This document shows, one piece after another, positions 18,201-26,028 of a stretch of 44,429 nt of DNA (the stretch's first letter is position 1; every line of letters starts with the position of its first letter). The stretch lies in NCBI GenBank assembly GCA_016200675.1, contig JACQEH010000058.1:1-44429 (forward strand). The letters are read 5' to 3'. Position numbers and translations under genes: made by a program. This DNA comes from Chloroflexota bacterium. Lineage in GTDB: Bacteria; Chloroflexota; Limnocylindria; Limnocylindrales; CSP1-4. The notes beneath the pieces are model-generated. The model ran no database searches. It was not told the origin of the DNA and was given only the letters and a program-made list of their open reading frames with translations.

Positions 18201-18677
18201 CCGGAGGAGCTTTGCGTCCGGCGTCAGGGTCTCGAAGCCGCGCTCGTCGCGTCCGGAGATGGCCTCGACGACGCGGGCGACGGCCGCCTCGGCCGGCGTC
18301 CCTGCGGCCGTGTCCCGGATGGCGGCGGCCGCGAAGAGGCTCCTCGCCACCAGGAACGGCCCACGGATCTCCTCGTCGGCGGTGATCGCGATGCCGGTGA
18401 AGCCACTCGCCGATGCCTGCTCGGCGGCGGCCAGCAGGAGTCGCGTCTTGCCTATGCCGGGCTCACCCTCCAGCGTCACCGCCGCGAGGCGGCTCGTCGC
18501 CTCCTTCAGCTCGCGGGCGATCGCGTCGAGCTCGGCGCTCCGCCCGATGACCGCACCGGTCGCCCGGCGAAGCTGGACCGCGAGCGAGCACTGGGGTCCC
18601 ACGAGGGGGTCGAGGGCACCGCCGTCGCCAGCCCGAGGAGGCGGGGCGGGCGCGAGGGACGTCACATCGCCCGGCAT
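15294..18677 (-). CDS. Large STAND-type regulator: AAA+ (AAA_16-like) NTPase, long helical/TPR-like region, and a C-terminal LuxR HTH
   Basis: 1127 aa, ATG at 18677. Walker A LEGEPGIGKTRLLLAAAE, Walker B LAILIDDVQWADDDT. C-terminal HTH: ERQLLQLLTEGRTNAQIAADLELAEGEVVARLARLFARLG. Confidence 0.9.
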   Translation of the reverse strand: MPGDVTSLAPAPPPRAGDGGALDPLVGPQCSLAVQLRRATGAVIGRSAELDAIARELKEATSRLAAVTLEGEPGIGKTRLLLAAAEQASASGFTGIAITADEEIRGPFLVARSLFAAAAIRDTAAGTPAEAAVARVVEAISGRDERGFETLTPDAKLLRAFDLAGIAVAALAEVRPLAILIDDVQWADDDTLRLLRYMVRSDADRPIFLFLTIRPDEFATVTEAVNFVADMERMGLVRRLRPGRFSSVETAELLKRVLGGPCDPVSAAAMHVQSEGVPFIVEELARTHREAGTLQQVDGEWRLGRNAARLVPSAVRTLIDRRAARFPARTRAVLGDAAILGRSFSLRDLRAIRARIGEGDVGPTAAAPAGPAGPGVAGEGAPTGLDDGVDQLAVDLAPAVRAGLLLSQAHGEPADYTFTHEQVRQFAAGQLSAARRRQVHAAVVDLLLEGGDPAPAGLPMLAQHALAAGDTGRAARFSIDAATAALASNAPEEALRLVEQALPVVSSPADRRVLLATRDDAYAVLRRTAERLDGLTELAALAEAMRDPAIELDVQLRRASALRISHDEEAAAELARRVRVRAAERGDAALELRASLELGQALLRSPLGESFGGAAIEMDIDGADEAYRRAIALAEQLHDDHSLAAALREIGTIDFAKGRSWLSGEVRAGRAADLLAMLASGVSVEDMILASPVAPLFIESTQVLERALGIFERLGDRTGVMSTVIAMAYARYGAAIHFASSVRHLEEIRRVTSHLTELVTESERARLDLQMLFGVHVWARAKIVPDAALSRGEDAYRAARLQGDRAIEFLAAGGVALASLELGDLGAAERWVSLAAAAAAMSPSRSRSIQLETWRGMVRAGAGDATGMREHLEKAIAMATDSGRTSARCEALARLATEAAGLVAARPAPNPPDPALTELVERTAAQVKELLPLLPGHAPWGAQVDAALSAVAYARGDLGTAVMAGGAAFEALQAALHEDVSLEIVLPAARAVLADGPPEMQEFVRGYLQQTLARIAQGTADEKVRVAWLTGPVGRQLVELAGRLDAPATSAAGASGPAGQPSLDEAERQLLQLLTEGRTNAQIAADLELAEGEVVARLARLFARLGTATRAEATSLAFRGLAAVGSR

Positions 18678-18687
18678 GCCGCCGATT

Positions 18688-18720
18688 ATGACCAGGTTGC
18701 CACGTGGCCTACCTGGTCAT
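18688..18720. promoter_or_regulatory. 33-bp near-perfect palindrome 10 nt upstream of the STAND-LuxR start codon (operator or 5'-UTR hairpin)
   Basis: ATGACCAGGT-T-GCCACGTGGC-CT-ACCTGGTCAT. The 10-bp outer arms are perfect, and the inner GCCACGTGGC is itself a perfect palindrome. Confidence 0.4.
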
Positions 18721-19024
18721 GGTCAGCCTGGTCGTCGCACTGAGCGTCGGAGGGGTTGGCGACCGCGGCCGGCTGGGCCGATGCCGAGGACTGGTCACCT
18801 ACGCTGCTCCCGCAGGGGAGCGGACACCTGCGAATGCATCCGAAGCACGGGATTCCTGGCCCACTCCAGCGGGAGCGTTGACCAACCCGGGGTGGGATGC
18901 CACCCCGAGCCCGTCACTCGGCCTGGGGACCCCGAATCCCCGCGACCGCCGGAGCGCGACCGAGATCGAGGCAACGGCGACCACGGTCGCCAGGAGGAGC
19001 CCACACCCACGAAACGCCCGACGA

Positions 19025-20284
19025 TCAGGGCGCAAACGCCGCGAGAGACAGCCGGAGGACGGCGTCGTGGTACCCGTCGATAATCCACACCGCGCTCGAC
19101 GTCGCCACCATGTCACCGCCGCCGCCGAACGTCGTTCCGGGTATGAGAACGCGATCGACCGTGTTCGTCGCTTCATCGATCCGAACGAGCCTTCCCGTGG
19201 TCGGATCGCCGGTATCCACCGACACCCACGGAGCGCCGTCGATCACGGCGGGGTTGAAACCGGATCCTCCGAGATCAACCGTGGCGGCCAGCATGTTCGT
19301 CGACGGATCGATCCGGGCCATGACCGTCGATGCGGAGCAGCCGGTGACCCAGACGCCTGTCGCGGTCACCGCGATCCCGCCGCACGGAATGATCCCGGAC
19401 GGCACCTTGATCGTCTCCTGGACCAAATTCGTGACGGGATCGATTCGAACGAGGGAGGCGGCGTTTGGGACGTCCACCCAGATGCTCCCGAATCCGCTGG
19501 CCAGCCAGTTGGGACCGCTGGTGCCGGACGAGGCAAGAAAGACGGTGGTTGCGACGCGGTTCGTCGCCGGATCGACCCGGAGGACGGTGCCGCCGTGGAC
19601 GTCGGCGACCCAGACGGCGTCGGCGGTGGCGAGGACGCCCTTCGGGGCCAGGCCCGCCGCGATCTTCGATGCCACGGTGTTCCCTACCGGGTCCACGCGG
19701 TAGAGGGTCTGGGAGTCGTTGTCGGTTGCCCACAGACCGCCTGGACCCGCGGCCAATCCGTTGTACAGGTCGGCGGCCGAGCCAAGGGGGACGGAGGCCA
19801 CGACCACGTTTGTGACCGGGTCGATCCGATCGAGCCGGCCGCTCGCGAGGACCCAGACCGCGTCGTCGGTTGCCACGATGGCGATCGGTCCCTGCACGGG
19901 CACCCTGACCGCCGGTGCCAGGGCGAGCGGACTCGGGAGCGCCGCGCCGCTGGAAGCGGCTGGCGTCGGGATCGGTTTGGCGGTGGCGTCCGGCGACGCC
20001 GTGGACGTCGGCCGAAGGGCTCCGCCGGCAAGCCCGGCGGCGGTCGCGACGACCAGCAGCAGGGCAACGAGCCCGAGGACCAGTTGGGTGCGCGACCGCG
20101 TCGCGGCTCGCTCGCCGCCGATCGGTGCTGTCCGATGCCACGGGTACACCCGAACCTGACGGGTCCGCATCGTTTCCGTGAACGTATCCTCGAGGAGACG
20201 CGTCGGGGCACGCCCGGGCGCGACCGAGTGCATCCACGCCGTGAGCGCGCGGTCAACGTCGAGGTCGTCCGGCCGTTCGGTCAT
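19025..20284 (-). CDS. ECF-sigma-coupled membrane-anchored beta-propeller protein (putative anti-sigma factor/sensor)
   Basis: ATGA overlap with the sigma gene stop. It has a cytoplasmic N-terminus, one TM segment (LVLGLVALLLVVATAAGLAG), then about 6-7 repeats of the type L.RIDP.TN.V (RIDPVTNVVVASV, RVDPVGNTVASKI, RVDPATNRVATTV, RIDPVTNLVQETI, RIDPSTNMLAATV, RIDEATNTVDRVL). Confidence 0.75.
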   Translation of the reverse strand: MTERPDDLDVDRALTAWMHSVAPGRAPTRLLEDTFTETMRTRQVRVYPWHRTAPIGGERAATRSRTQLVLGLVALLLVVATAAGLAGGALRPTSTASPDATAKPIPTPAASSGAALPSPLALAPAVRVPVQGPIAIVATDDAVWVLASGRLDRIDPVTNVVVASVPLGSAADLYNGLAAGPGGLWATDNDSQTLYRVDPVGNTVASKIAAGLAPKGVLATADAVWVADVHGGTVLRVDPATNRVATTVFLASSGTSGPNWLASGFGSIWVDVPNAASLVRIDPVTNLVQETIKVPSGIIPCGGIAVTATGVWVTGCSASTVMARIDPSTNMLAATVDLGGSGFNPAVIDGAPWVSVDTGDPTTGRLVRIDEATNTVDRVLIPGTTFGGGGDMVATSSAVWIIDGYHDAVLRLSLAAFAP

Positions 20285-20835
20285 GCCGATCTCCTCGCGA
20301 TCGGGGTCTTGCCGGATCGGTCGTCCGCATCGAGGGCGGCGCGCATCGCGGCGACGCCGTATCGAACTCGCGACTTCACCGTTCCGACGGGAACGCCGAG
20401 CGTCGCGGCGATCTCGGTATGGCTGAGGTCGGCGTAATGCTGGAGAACCAGGACGGTCCGTTGATCGAGCGGCAGTTGCCGGAAGGCACGCTCGATCCGA
20501 TCCGATTGCGCCAGCCCGGTCGACGTATCCGTCACGATGCGATCGCCCACGCTGTGGAGCGAGACCTCCGCGCGGCGGTGGACGCGGCGAGCCTCGTCAT
20601 AGCAGGCGTTGACGAGGAGCCGACGGAGCCAGGCATCGAAGCGGGCTGCATCTCGGAGCCGCGGGATCTCTCGCCACGCCCGGACGAACGCCTCCTGGGT
20701 GGCGTCGGCCGCTCGATCCGAGTCCCGCAGGATCAGGCACGCCAGGGCGTACAGCCGTGTCGTCGAGGCAGTCACGAGGGCCGCGAAGGCATCGTGGTTC
20801 CCACGCATGGCCTCGAGGACATCTCCTGTGCTCAT
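20281..20835 (-). CDS. ECF-type sigma-70 family RNA polymerase sigma factor
   Basis: Region 2: DAFAALV...DATQEAFVRAWREIPRLRD...FDAWLRRLLVNACYDEAR. Region 4: LPLDQRTVLVLQHYADLSHTEIAATLGVPVGTVKSRV. Confidence 0.9.
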   Translation of the reverse strand: MSTGDVLEAMRGNHDAFAALVTASTTRLYALACLILRDSDRAADATQEAFVRAWREIPRLRDAARFDAWLRRLLVNACYDEARRVHRRAEVSLHSVGDRIVTDTSTGLAQSDRIERAFRQLPLDQRTVLVLQHYADLSHTEIAATLGVPVGTVKSRVRYGVAAMRAALDADDRSGKTPIARRSA

Positions 20836-20906
20836 CGTCGGTGTAGCCGCCTTGCGGATCGGGAGCGGGGGTCTAGGGCTTAGTGTCCATCCGGCGTCGA
20901 TTGGTC

Positions 20907-20943
20907 GCGGGACGGCGGCGCCGCTTCGGTGCCACCGTCCCGC
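20907..20943 (-). terminator. GC-rich hairpin downstream of the TolB-like gene (possible intrinsic terminator, no U-tract)
   Basis: GCGGGACGG...CCGTCCCGC: 9-bp perfect outer stem with further inner pairing. It starts 16 nt after the stop at 20959. Confidence 0.35.
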
Positions 20944-20958
20944 GTTGACGGCTGGTGG

Positions 20959-21960
20959 TCAGTTGTTCTGGCTGCTGCCCCGTGGCTGCCAGGCAGGGAC
21001 GGCCTGCAGGCTTGAGTCCGACGTCAGGCGGTGCTGGCCGCTGCCATCGGCGTTCATGACGAAGATCGGCCGGTCGCTGCCGCCAGCGGCTCGGAAGTCG
21101 CGCAGGAACGCGATCATGCGCCCGTCCGGCGACCAGGCGGTGCCGAAGTCGTCACCACCCGCGCAGGGCGACGCGTCGGCGGGAGTGCACCCCGAGATCT
21201 GGTGCTGGCCGGTGCCGTCGGCGTTCATGACCCAGATCCCTCCGCTGCCGGACTGGCCGCTGTGGTAGGCGATCAGCGAACCATCCGGACTCCAGTCCGG
21301 GACCTGGTCCTTGGGATCGGCGCCGGACGTGAGCGGGTGCTGATTGCCGCCGTCGGCGTCCATGACCCAGACCTGCTCGTTGATGGGATCCCCGTCGGGT
21401 GTGGTGTCGTCGGCATGGCTGAAGACGATCTTCGTGCCGTCGGGCGACCAGGCCGGAGTGTCGTTGAAGCAGCCCGACCCGAAGCCGGCGCAGCTCGTCA
21501 GGGCGCGCGGGCCGGTGCCGTCCTTCGCCGACACGACGTAGATCTGGTCGGTGGCGTCGGACCCCTCGGTGCCGCCGAAGGCGATCAGGAGGCCGTCCGG
21601 CGAGAAGTCCGGGAAGGTCGCCCGCCCGCCGAGGTGGGTGAGCTGCTGCTGGCCCGTTCCGTTCGCCTTCATGGTCCAGATCTCGAAGTTCCCGCTGGAG
21701 TCGGCGCAGTATGCGATCGTGCGGCCGTCGCGAGAGTAGGCCGGACACAGGGCGTTGCCGGTCCCGGTCGTGAGCTGCTTGAGGCTCTTCCCGTCGGGCT
21801 GGACGGAGAAGATGTTGGCGCTCCCGTCGGCGGCGCGGACGCCGAAGGCGATCCGCCCGTCGGCGGCGCCACGGAAGGTCGCCAGGACGGTGCCGAGAGC
21901 GAGTGCCGTGATCCCGATGACGAGGCCAACGGCCAGGAGTACTGAGCGCTTGCGGAGCAT
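20959..21960 (-). CDS. TolB-like periplasmic beta-propeller (PD40/WD40-like repeats) with an N-terminal anchor
   Basis: ATG at 21960; the track start at 21984 is a GTG. Repeated PD40 signatures: P.WSPDG..IAF and ...IWVMNADGTGQHQL (SRDGRTIAY, FSPDGLLIAF, WSPDGTKIVF, WSPDGSLIAY, WSPDGRMIAF). Confidence 0.85.
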   Translation of the reverse strand: MLRKRSVLLAVGLVIGITALALGTVLATFRGAADGRIAFGVRAADGSANIFSVQPDGKSLKQLTTGTGNALCPAYSRDGRTIAYCADSSGNFEIWTMKANGTGQQQLTHLGGRATFPDFSPDGLLIAFGGTEGSDATDQIYVVSAKDGTGPRALTSCAGFGSGCFNDTPAWSPDGTKIVFSHADDTTPDGDPINEQVWVMDADGGNQHPLTSGADPKDQVPDWSPDGSLIAYHSGQSGSGGIWVMNADGTGQHQISGCTPADASPCAGGDDFGTAWSPDGRMIAFLRDFRAAGGSDRPIFVMNADGSGQHRLTSDSSLQAVPAWQPRGSSQNN

Positions 21961-22025
21961 GGCGGAACCTCTGGTGGTGTCCACGGCCGACCCAGAAGAG
22001 ACGTTCGTCTGTGCGCCGCTCAGCC

Positions 22026-22300
22026 CTATGACGTCGGGCGGGGCCTGATCCGATCTAACTCCGTCAGTCGGCCTGGGGACCTCCTCCTCGGTCGCAGCGC
22101 GGCCGTGGACGAAGCGGAACGACCGGGGAGGTCGACGCTGGCGTCCGGGTGCGCCAGGAGGTCAAGCCACCACGCCGGCTCGGGATCGACCCAGCCGCTC
22201 ATCGCCATGGTGGCGAGGGTGTGCTGCACGGGCCAGTCGTTCCGACCATTCGGCGTGGACGGCGGATGGCGGGAAGGAGCCCCGCCGGCGCCGGCCCGGA
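22026..22300 (-). pseudogene. Fragment of a deazaflavin-dependent nitroreductase (DDN/F420H2-dependent quinone reductase-like) gene
   Basis: STPNGRNDWPVQHTLATMAMSGWVDPEPAWWLDLLAHPDASVDLPGRS resembles the GR.SG..R..PL...S.gG...PaWy.NL.a.P.v.v core. There is no start codon. The likely continuation (FRFVHGRAATEEE) is in another frame and the remainder is missing. Confidence 0.4.
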
Positions 22301-22308
22301 TCGAGGAG

Positions 22309-22620
22309 TCAGCGCGACGCGATCAGCGTGGCCAGGTCCTTCAGCGTGGCGTACGAGCCGCCGAGCACCTCCCGCTCGTTGAACCAGGCGAACCCTCGGA
22401 GGCCGTAGGCACGGGCCTGCGAGGCGGTGAACTCGAGCACCGTCGCCGACCCGCCACCCGTGTTCTCGCCGTCGGTCGCCATGCCGTGACTGGCGGCCAG
22501 CGAGGCGAGGTAGTGGACGGGTCGCCAGCTGACGGGACTGGCACTCGCGTCGTTCCCGAAGGGACAGTCCAGCCAGGTCATGGTCGGGACGATCCCGGAC
22601 ACGGCGGCGAGCGCGTCCAC
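22309..22620 (-). pseudogene. C-terminal fragment of a glycoside-hydrolase-like protein (tentative; beta-amylase/GH14-like 'GEN' motif)
   Basis: A 103-aa ORF (…HYLASLAASHGMATDGENTGGGSATVLEFTASQARAYGLRGFAWFNE…) with no plausible N-terminal catalytic region upstream in any frame. Confidence 0.3.
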
Positions 22621-22639
22621 CTGCCGGGCGGGCCTAGAT

Positions 22640-22822
22640 CAGGCCGGCGCGTCGTATGTGGTCGTGAGCACCAAGCAGTTCGACGATGGCTACACGCTGT
22701 ATGGACGCGAGATCTACGCGTGGCTCCAGGCGCGCGGCACGCCGGTGTACACCTTCGTGGGCCGGACGTACGGTCGCCTTGAGGTCTATCGGATCAGAGC
22801 GACCACGACACCAAGCGGCTGA
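22640..22822 (+). pseudogene. C-terminal fragment resembling the tail of a GT39/ArnT-type glycosyltransferase (tentative)
   Basis: ASYVVVSTKQFDDGYTLYGREIYAWLQARGTPVYTFVGRTYGRLEVYRI has coding-like GC3. It lacks an upstream body and abuts the oppositely oriented fragment at 22620. Confidence 0.3.
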
Positions 22823-22902
22823 CCTGCCGCCGGACCGCCTGCGGCCGGGACGTCGGCGCTTCCCCAGACGAGTCAACGGGCCAGTCCGCTAGGATCGCGG
22901 GC

Positions 22903-23538
22903 ATGCACCTCACGATCCTCGGTGGCACGGGTCGAATCGGCGGGCTCGTCGTCGAGCAGGCGCTCGCCGCGGGCCACGAGCTGACACTCCTCGTCCGCGA
23001 CCCGCACAAGGTCGCCGCCTCGGCGGGGCGGCTCAGGTTGGTGCCCGGGGTGGTCGCCAACCAGACGGCCACGGCCGAGGCCATCCGGGGCGCGGACGCG
23101 GTGATCAGTGCCCTCGCCCCCGACGACAACCGGGCGGATCAGGTGCCGGCCCTGCGGGCCGGCATGGAAACCGTCGTTGCCGTCATGCGCGAGGAGCGCG
23201 TCGAGCGCATCGTCAACCTCTCGGGCGCCGCCGTGGACGCGCCGGGCGACACCAAGCCCGCCCTGGACCGCGTCGCCGCACGGATCGTCCGTCTCGTGTC
23301 AGGCCACGTGGTGGCGGCCAAGCAGGCCGAGTTTGACGTCCTGCGGGCGTCGGACCTCGAGTGGATCGCCGTCCGGCCGCCACTCGTGGTCGATGGACCG
23401 CACACCCGCCGCTACCGCGCCGGGCTGGACGTCCTGCGACCAGGTGCGCGCATCTCCAGGGCGGACATCGCCGACTTCATGCTCGCCCAGGCCATCCGCC
23501 CGACGTTTGTCCGCCAGGCACCCTTCATCTGCTACTGA
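22903..23538 (+). CDS. NAD(P)H-binding atypical SDR / NmrA-like oxidoreductase
   Basis: MHLTILGGTGRIGGLVVEQALAAGHELTLLVRDP (Rossmann GxxGxxG), 211 aa. Confidence 0.85.
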   Translation: MHLTILGGTGRIGGLVVEQALAAGHELTLLVRDPHKVAASAGRLRLVPGVVANQTATAEAIRGADAVISALAPDDNRADQVPALRAGMETVVAVMREERVERIVNLSGAAVDAPGDTKPALDRVAARIVRLVSGHVVAAKQAEFDVLRASDLEWIAVRPPLVVDGPHTRRYRAGLDVLRPGARISRADIADFMLAQAIRPTFVRQAPFICY

Positions 23539-23562
23539 GGCCGGACCGAACTGGGAGTTCGC

Positions 23563-23605
23563 TTGACCTGGAGGGTCTGCGCAGATAATGTGAGCGAGCA
23601 CTCAC
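23563..23605 (+). promoter_or_regulatory. Sigma-70-like promoter with an overlapping short palindrome (candidate TetR operator) for the ABC-TetR operon
   Basis: TTGACC (23563-68), 17-nt spacer, TAATGT (23586-91). GTGAG-N6-CTCAC lies at 23590-23605, 21 nt upstream of the ABC ATG, in a locally AT-richer patch. Confidence 0.45.
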
Positions 23606-23626
23606 TTACATCACGGCGAGGTGGCC

Positions 23627-24574
23627 ATGTCCGTCCTGGCGACAACCGACCTGACCCGCCGGTTCGGCGCGATCATCGCCCTGGACCGACTCACGATGGA
23701 CCTTCCCTCGGCAGGCGTGATCGGCCTCGTGGGACCGAACGGTTCGGGCAAGTCCACCTTGATTCGTATCCTGCTGGGACTGATCAAGCCAACGGGCGGC
23801 AGCGCCTCGGTCCTTGGCTCGTCGATCTCCTCGCCACAGACCTATACGTCCCGGGTCGGCGTCCTCGTGGAGAGCCCGGCCTTCATCGGCAGCCTGTCGC
23901 CGCGAGCCAACCTCGTGTCCCTTGCGCGCCTGCGTGGCGTGCCACTCGAGCGCGTGGACGCGGTCCTGGCGCAGGTCGGCCTGATCGGCCGGGATCGCGA
24001 ACCGGTGAAGCGCTTCTCCCTCGGGATGAAGCAGCGCCTGGGCATCGCCGCGGCGCTGCTCTCGGATCCCGACCTCCTGATCCTCGACGAGCCCACCAAT
24101 GGCCTGGACCCGGCCGGGATCGTCGAGATCCGGGAGCTGCTCCGCCAACTCGGGCGGGCAGGACGCACGGTCATCGTTTCCTCGCACCAGCTTTCGGAGA
24201 TCGAGGCCGTCTGCGATCACCTCGTCATCGTCCGCTTCGGCGAGCTGATCTTCTCCGGGCCGATGAGCGAGGTGCTCAAGCGGACCCGCGAGCACATCGA
24301 CATCGCGGCCGAGCATGACGAGGCGACCCAGCCGCTCCTCGACGCACTCGTGGCAGACGGCTGGACGGTCTCCGCGTCAGACGGCGGCTTGCGGGTCGTG
24401 GCCGGGGCGTCGCGGGCTGCCGACCTGAATCGGGCCGCAACAGCGGCAGGCGTCACCCTCAGCCGGCTCGCCGTCGGGCAGGACAACCTCGAGGAGATCT
24501 TCCTGGCCATGACAGGACGGGTCGACGGCGAGCTGACGCGTGACCGGCACCTGACCGACGTCGAGGTGGCCTGA
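23627..24574 (+). CDS. ABC transporter ATP-binding protein (ABC-2 exporter type)
   Basis: ATG at 23627 after GAGGTGG. Walker A GPNGSGKST, signature FSLGMKQRLGIA, Walker B LLILDEPTNGLD. Confidence 0.9.
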   Translation: MSVLATTDLTRRFGAIIALDRLTMDLPSAGVIGLVGPNGSGKSTLIRILLGLIKPTGGSASVLGSSISSPQTYTSRVGVLVESPAFIGSLSPRANLVSLARLRGVPLERVDAVLAQVGLIGRDREPVKRFSLGMKQRLGIAAALLSDPDLLILDEPTNGLDPAGIVEIRELLRQLGRAGRTVIVSSHQLSEIEAVCDHLVIVRFGELIFSGPMSEVLKRTREHIDIAAEHDEATQPLLDALVADGWTVSASDGGLRVVAGASRAADLNRAATAAGVTLSRLAVGQDNLEEIFLAMTGRVDGELTRDRHLTDVEVA

Positions 24575-25374
24575 TGCTCGCCGTGGTTCGCAGCGAGCTG
24601 ACGCGCCTGGGCCAGCCCCGTCTGCTCGCGATCTGGTTCGGCCTCATGGCCCTGTTTGCGGCGATGATCAACACGATCATGGTCACGTTCGTCTCCGGTG
24701 GCGGCAGCCTCCCGCCCGGAGCGCCCGGCGTTGCGTTCCCGACGCTTGCCGCGATGGAGAGCCCGTCCGGCCTGATGGCCGGCCTGGCCGCCGCGTCGAG
24801 CCTGTTCGGGGTCGTGACCCTCTCGTTCTGGGCGGTCGCGACGGCGGGCGACTACTACAGCAGCGGCCTCATCCGGCTCCTGGTCGCCGCCGAACCACGC
24901 AGGTGGCGCCTGCTCGCAGGCAAGATCATCGCGCTGCTCCTCGTCACCGCCGTCGCGACGACGGTCGCCGCCGTGGTCAACATCGCGGTGGCCATGCCGG
25001 CTGCGGGGGCGGCCGGCATCTCGACCGCCGCCTGGGGAACGGATCTCGGCGAGGTCGTTGGCACGGCGTGGATCAACCTCTACCTCGCCCTCGCCGTCTG
25101 GGGCGTGCTCGGACTCGTCATCGCGGTCCTCGCCCGCTCGGCGGCGGCCGCCATCTCGATCGGCGTCGGCTACCTCCTCGTCGTCGAGTCGATGATCAAG
25201 CTGGTGGGCGGGGCCCCATCGGACTGGCTGCTCGGTACGACCCTGAACGCGGTTGCGAGCGGCGGCACGGCAGCCATCGCCTATGGCACGGCAGTCGCGC
25301 TGGCGGTTGCCTATGTCACGCTTGGCTTGCTCCTGGCTGGCATCGTGTTCGTCCGACGGGACGTGACCGACTGA
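24574..25374 (+). CDS. ABC-2 family transporter permease
   Basis: The ATG shares 1 nt with the TGA of the ATPase gene. About 6 hydrophobic segments, 266 aa. Confidence 0.8.
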   Translation: MLAVVRSELTRLGQPRLLAIWFGLMALFAAMINTIMVTFVSGGGSLPPGAPGVAFPTLAAMESPSGLMAGLAAASSLFGVVTLSFWAVATAGDYYSSGLIRLLVAAEPRRWRLLAGKIIALLLVTAVATTVAAVVNIAVAMPAAGAAGISTAAWGTDLGEVVGTAWINLYLALAVWGVLGLVIAVLARSAAAAISIGVGYLLVVESMIKLVGGAPSDWLLGTTLNAVASGGTAAIAYGTAVALAVAYVTLGLLLAGIVFVRRDVTD

Positions 25375-25416
25375 GGGGCACGCTGGCCGAGCCGCCGATA
25401 ACGGCTTCGAGGTGGG

Positions 25417-26028
25417 GTGTTGACAAAGCGGGGCGAGGACACGCGAGCGAGACTCATTGAGGCGACGCGCCGCGTCGTCCGCGGCAAGGGCTACGCCCGT
25501 GCCTCGACCCGGGCGATCGCCCTGGCCGCCGGCGTGGCGGAGGGGACGATCTATCGCCATTTCCCAGACAAGTCCTCGCTGTTCTTGGCCGCCATCCTGG
25601 AAGCCAACGCGCCGCTCATCGCGTGGTTCACAAGCCTGCCGACGCGGGCAGGTCAGGACGAGGTCGAGGACAACCTCACGGACGCCGCGCTCCGTCTGGC
25701 GGGAATGCGCGACGCGATCATCCCGCTCGAGCTGGCGATCATGGCCGACCCCGAGCTGGCAGCTCAGCGCCGGGGAGCGTTGTCGGCGGCCGGATCGCTC
25801 CCCCCCGGACCTCCGGACGCCATCGCCAGCTACCTCGCCGCCGAGCAGCGACTCGGGCGCGTCCGCCCGGATGTTGACCCGCGAGAAGCCGCGATCGTCA
25901 TCCTCGCGGTGCTTTTCGGACTCGTTGCCGACCCCTCGTTCGGAGACGGAAGCCTGGGGCGGGAACGCCTTTCGGCTGCGATGCGACTCATCGTTCGCGG
26001 GATCGAGCCGCCCGTTGCCCTGGCATGA
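25417..26028 (+). CDS. TetR/AcrR-family transcriptional regulator
   Basis: N-terminal HTH: RARLIEATRRVVRGKGYARASTRAIALAAGVAEGTIYRHFPDKSSLF. Confidence 0.9.
   Translation: MLTKRGEDTRARLIEATRRVVRGKGYARASTRAIALAAGVAEGTIYRHFPDKSSLFLAAILEANAPLIAWFTSLPTRAGQDEVEDNLTDAALRLAGMRDAIIPLELAIMADPELAAQRRGALSAAGSLPPGPPDAIASYLAAEQRLGRVRPDVDPREAAIVILAVLFGLVADPSFGDGSLGRERLSAAMRLIVRGIEPPVALA

Noticed and set aside
13978-18743. Very long plus-strand ORFs 13978..16293 (771 aa) and 15747..18743 (998 aa)
   Set aside because: They are Arg/Pro/Gly/Ala-rich and low-complexity, with no recognisable motifs. They lie antisense to the well-supported cyclase and STAND-LuxR genes. These are typical shadow ORFs of high-GC DNA.
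18721-19024. Possible small membrane ORF in the 300-bp gap between the beta-propeller gene and the palindrome (…GCGLLLATVVAVASISVALRR…)
   Set aside because: Third-position GC is mixed rather than high. There is no good start or ribosome-binding site, and it partly overlaps the 3' end of the upstream gene. It is probably non-coding.
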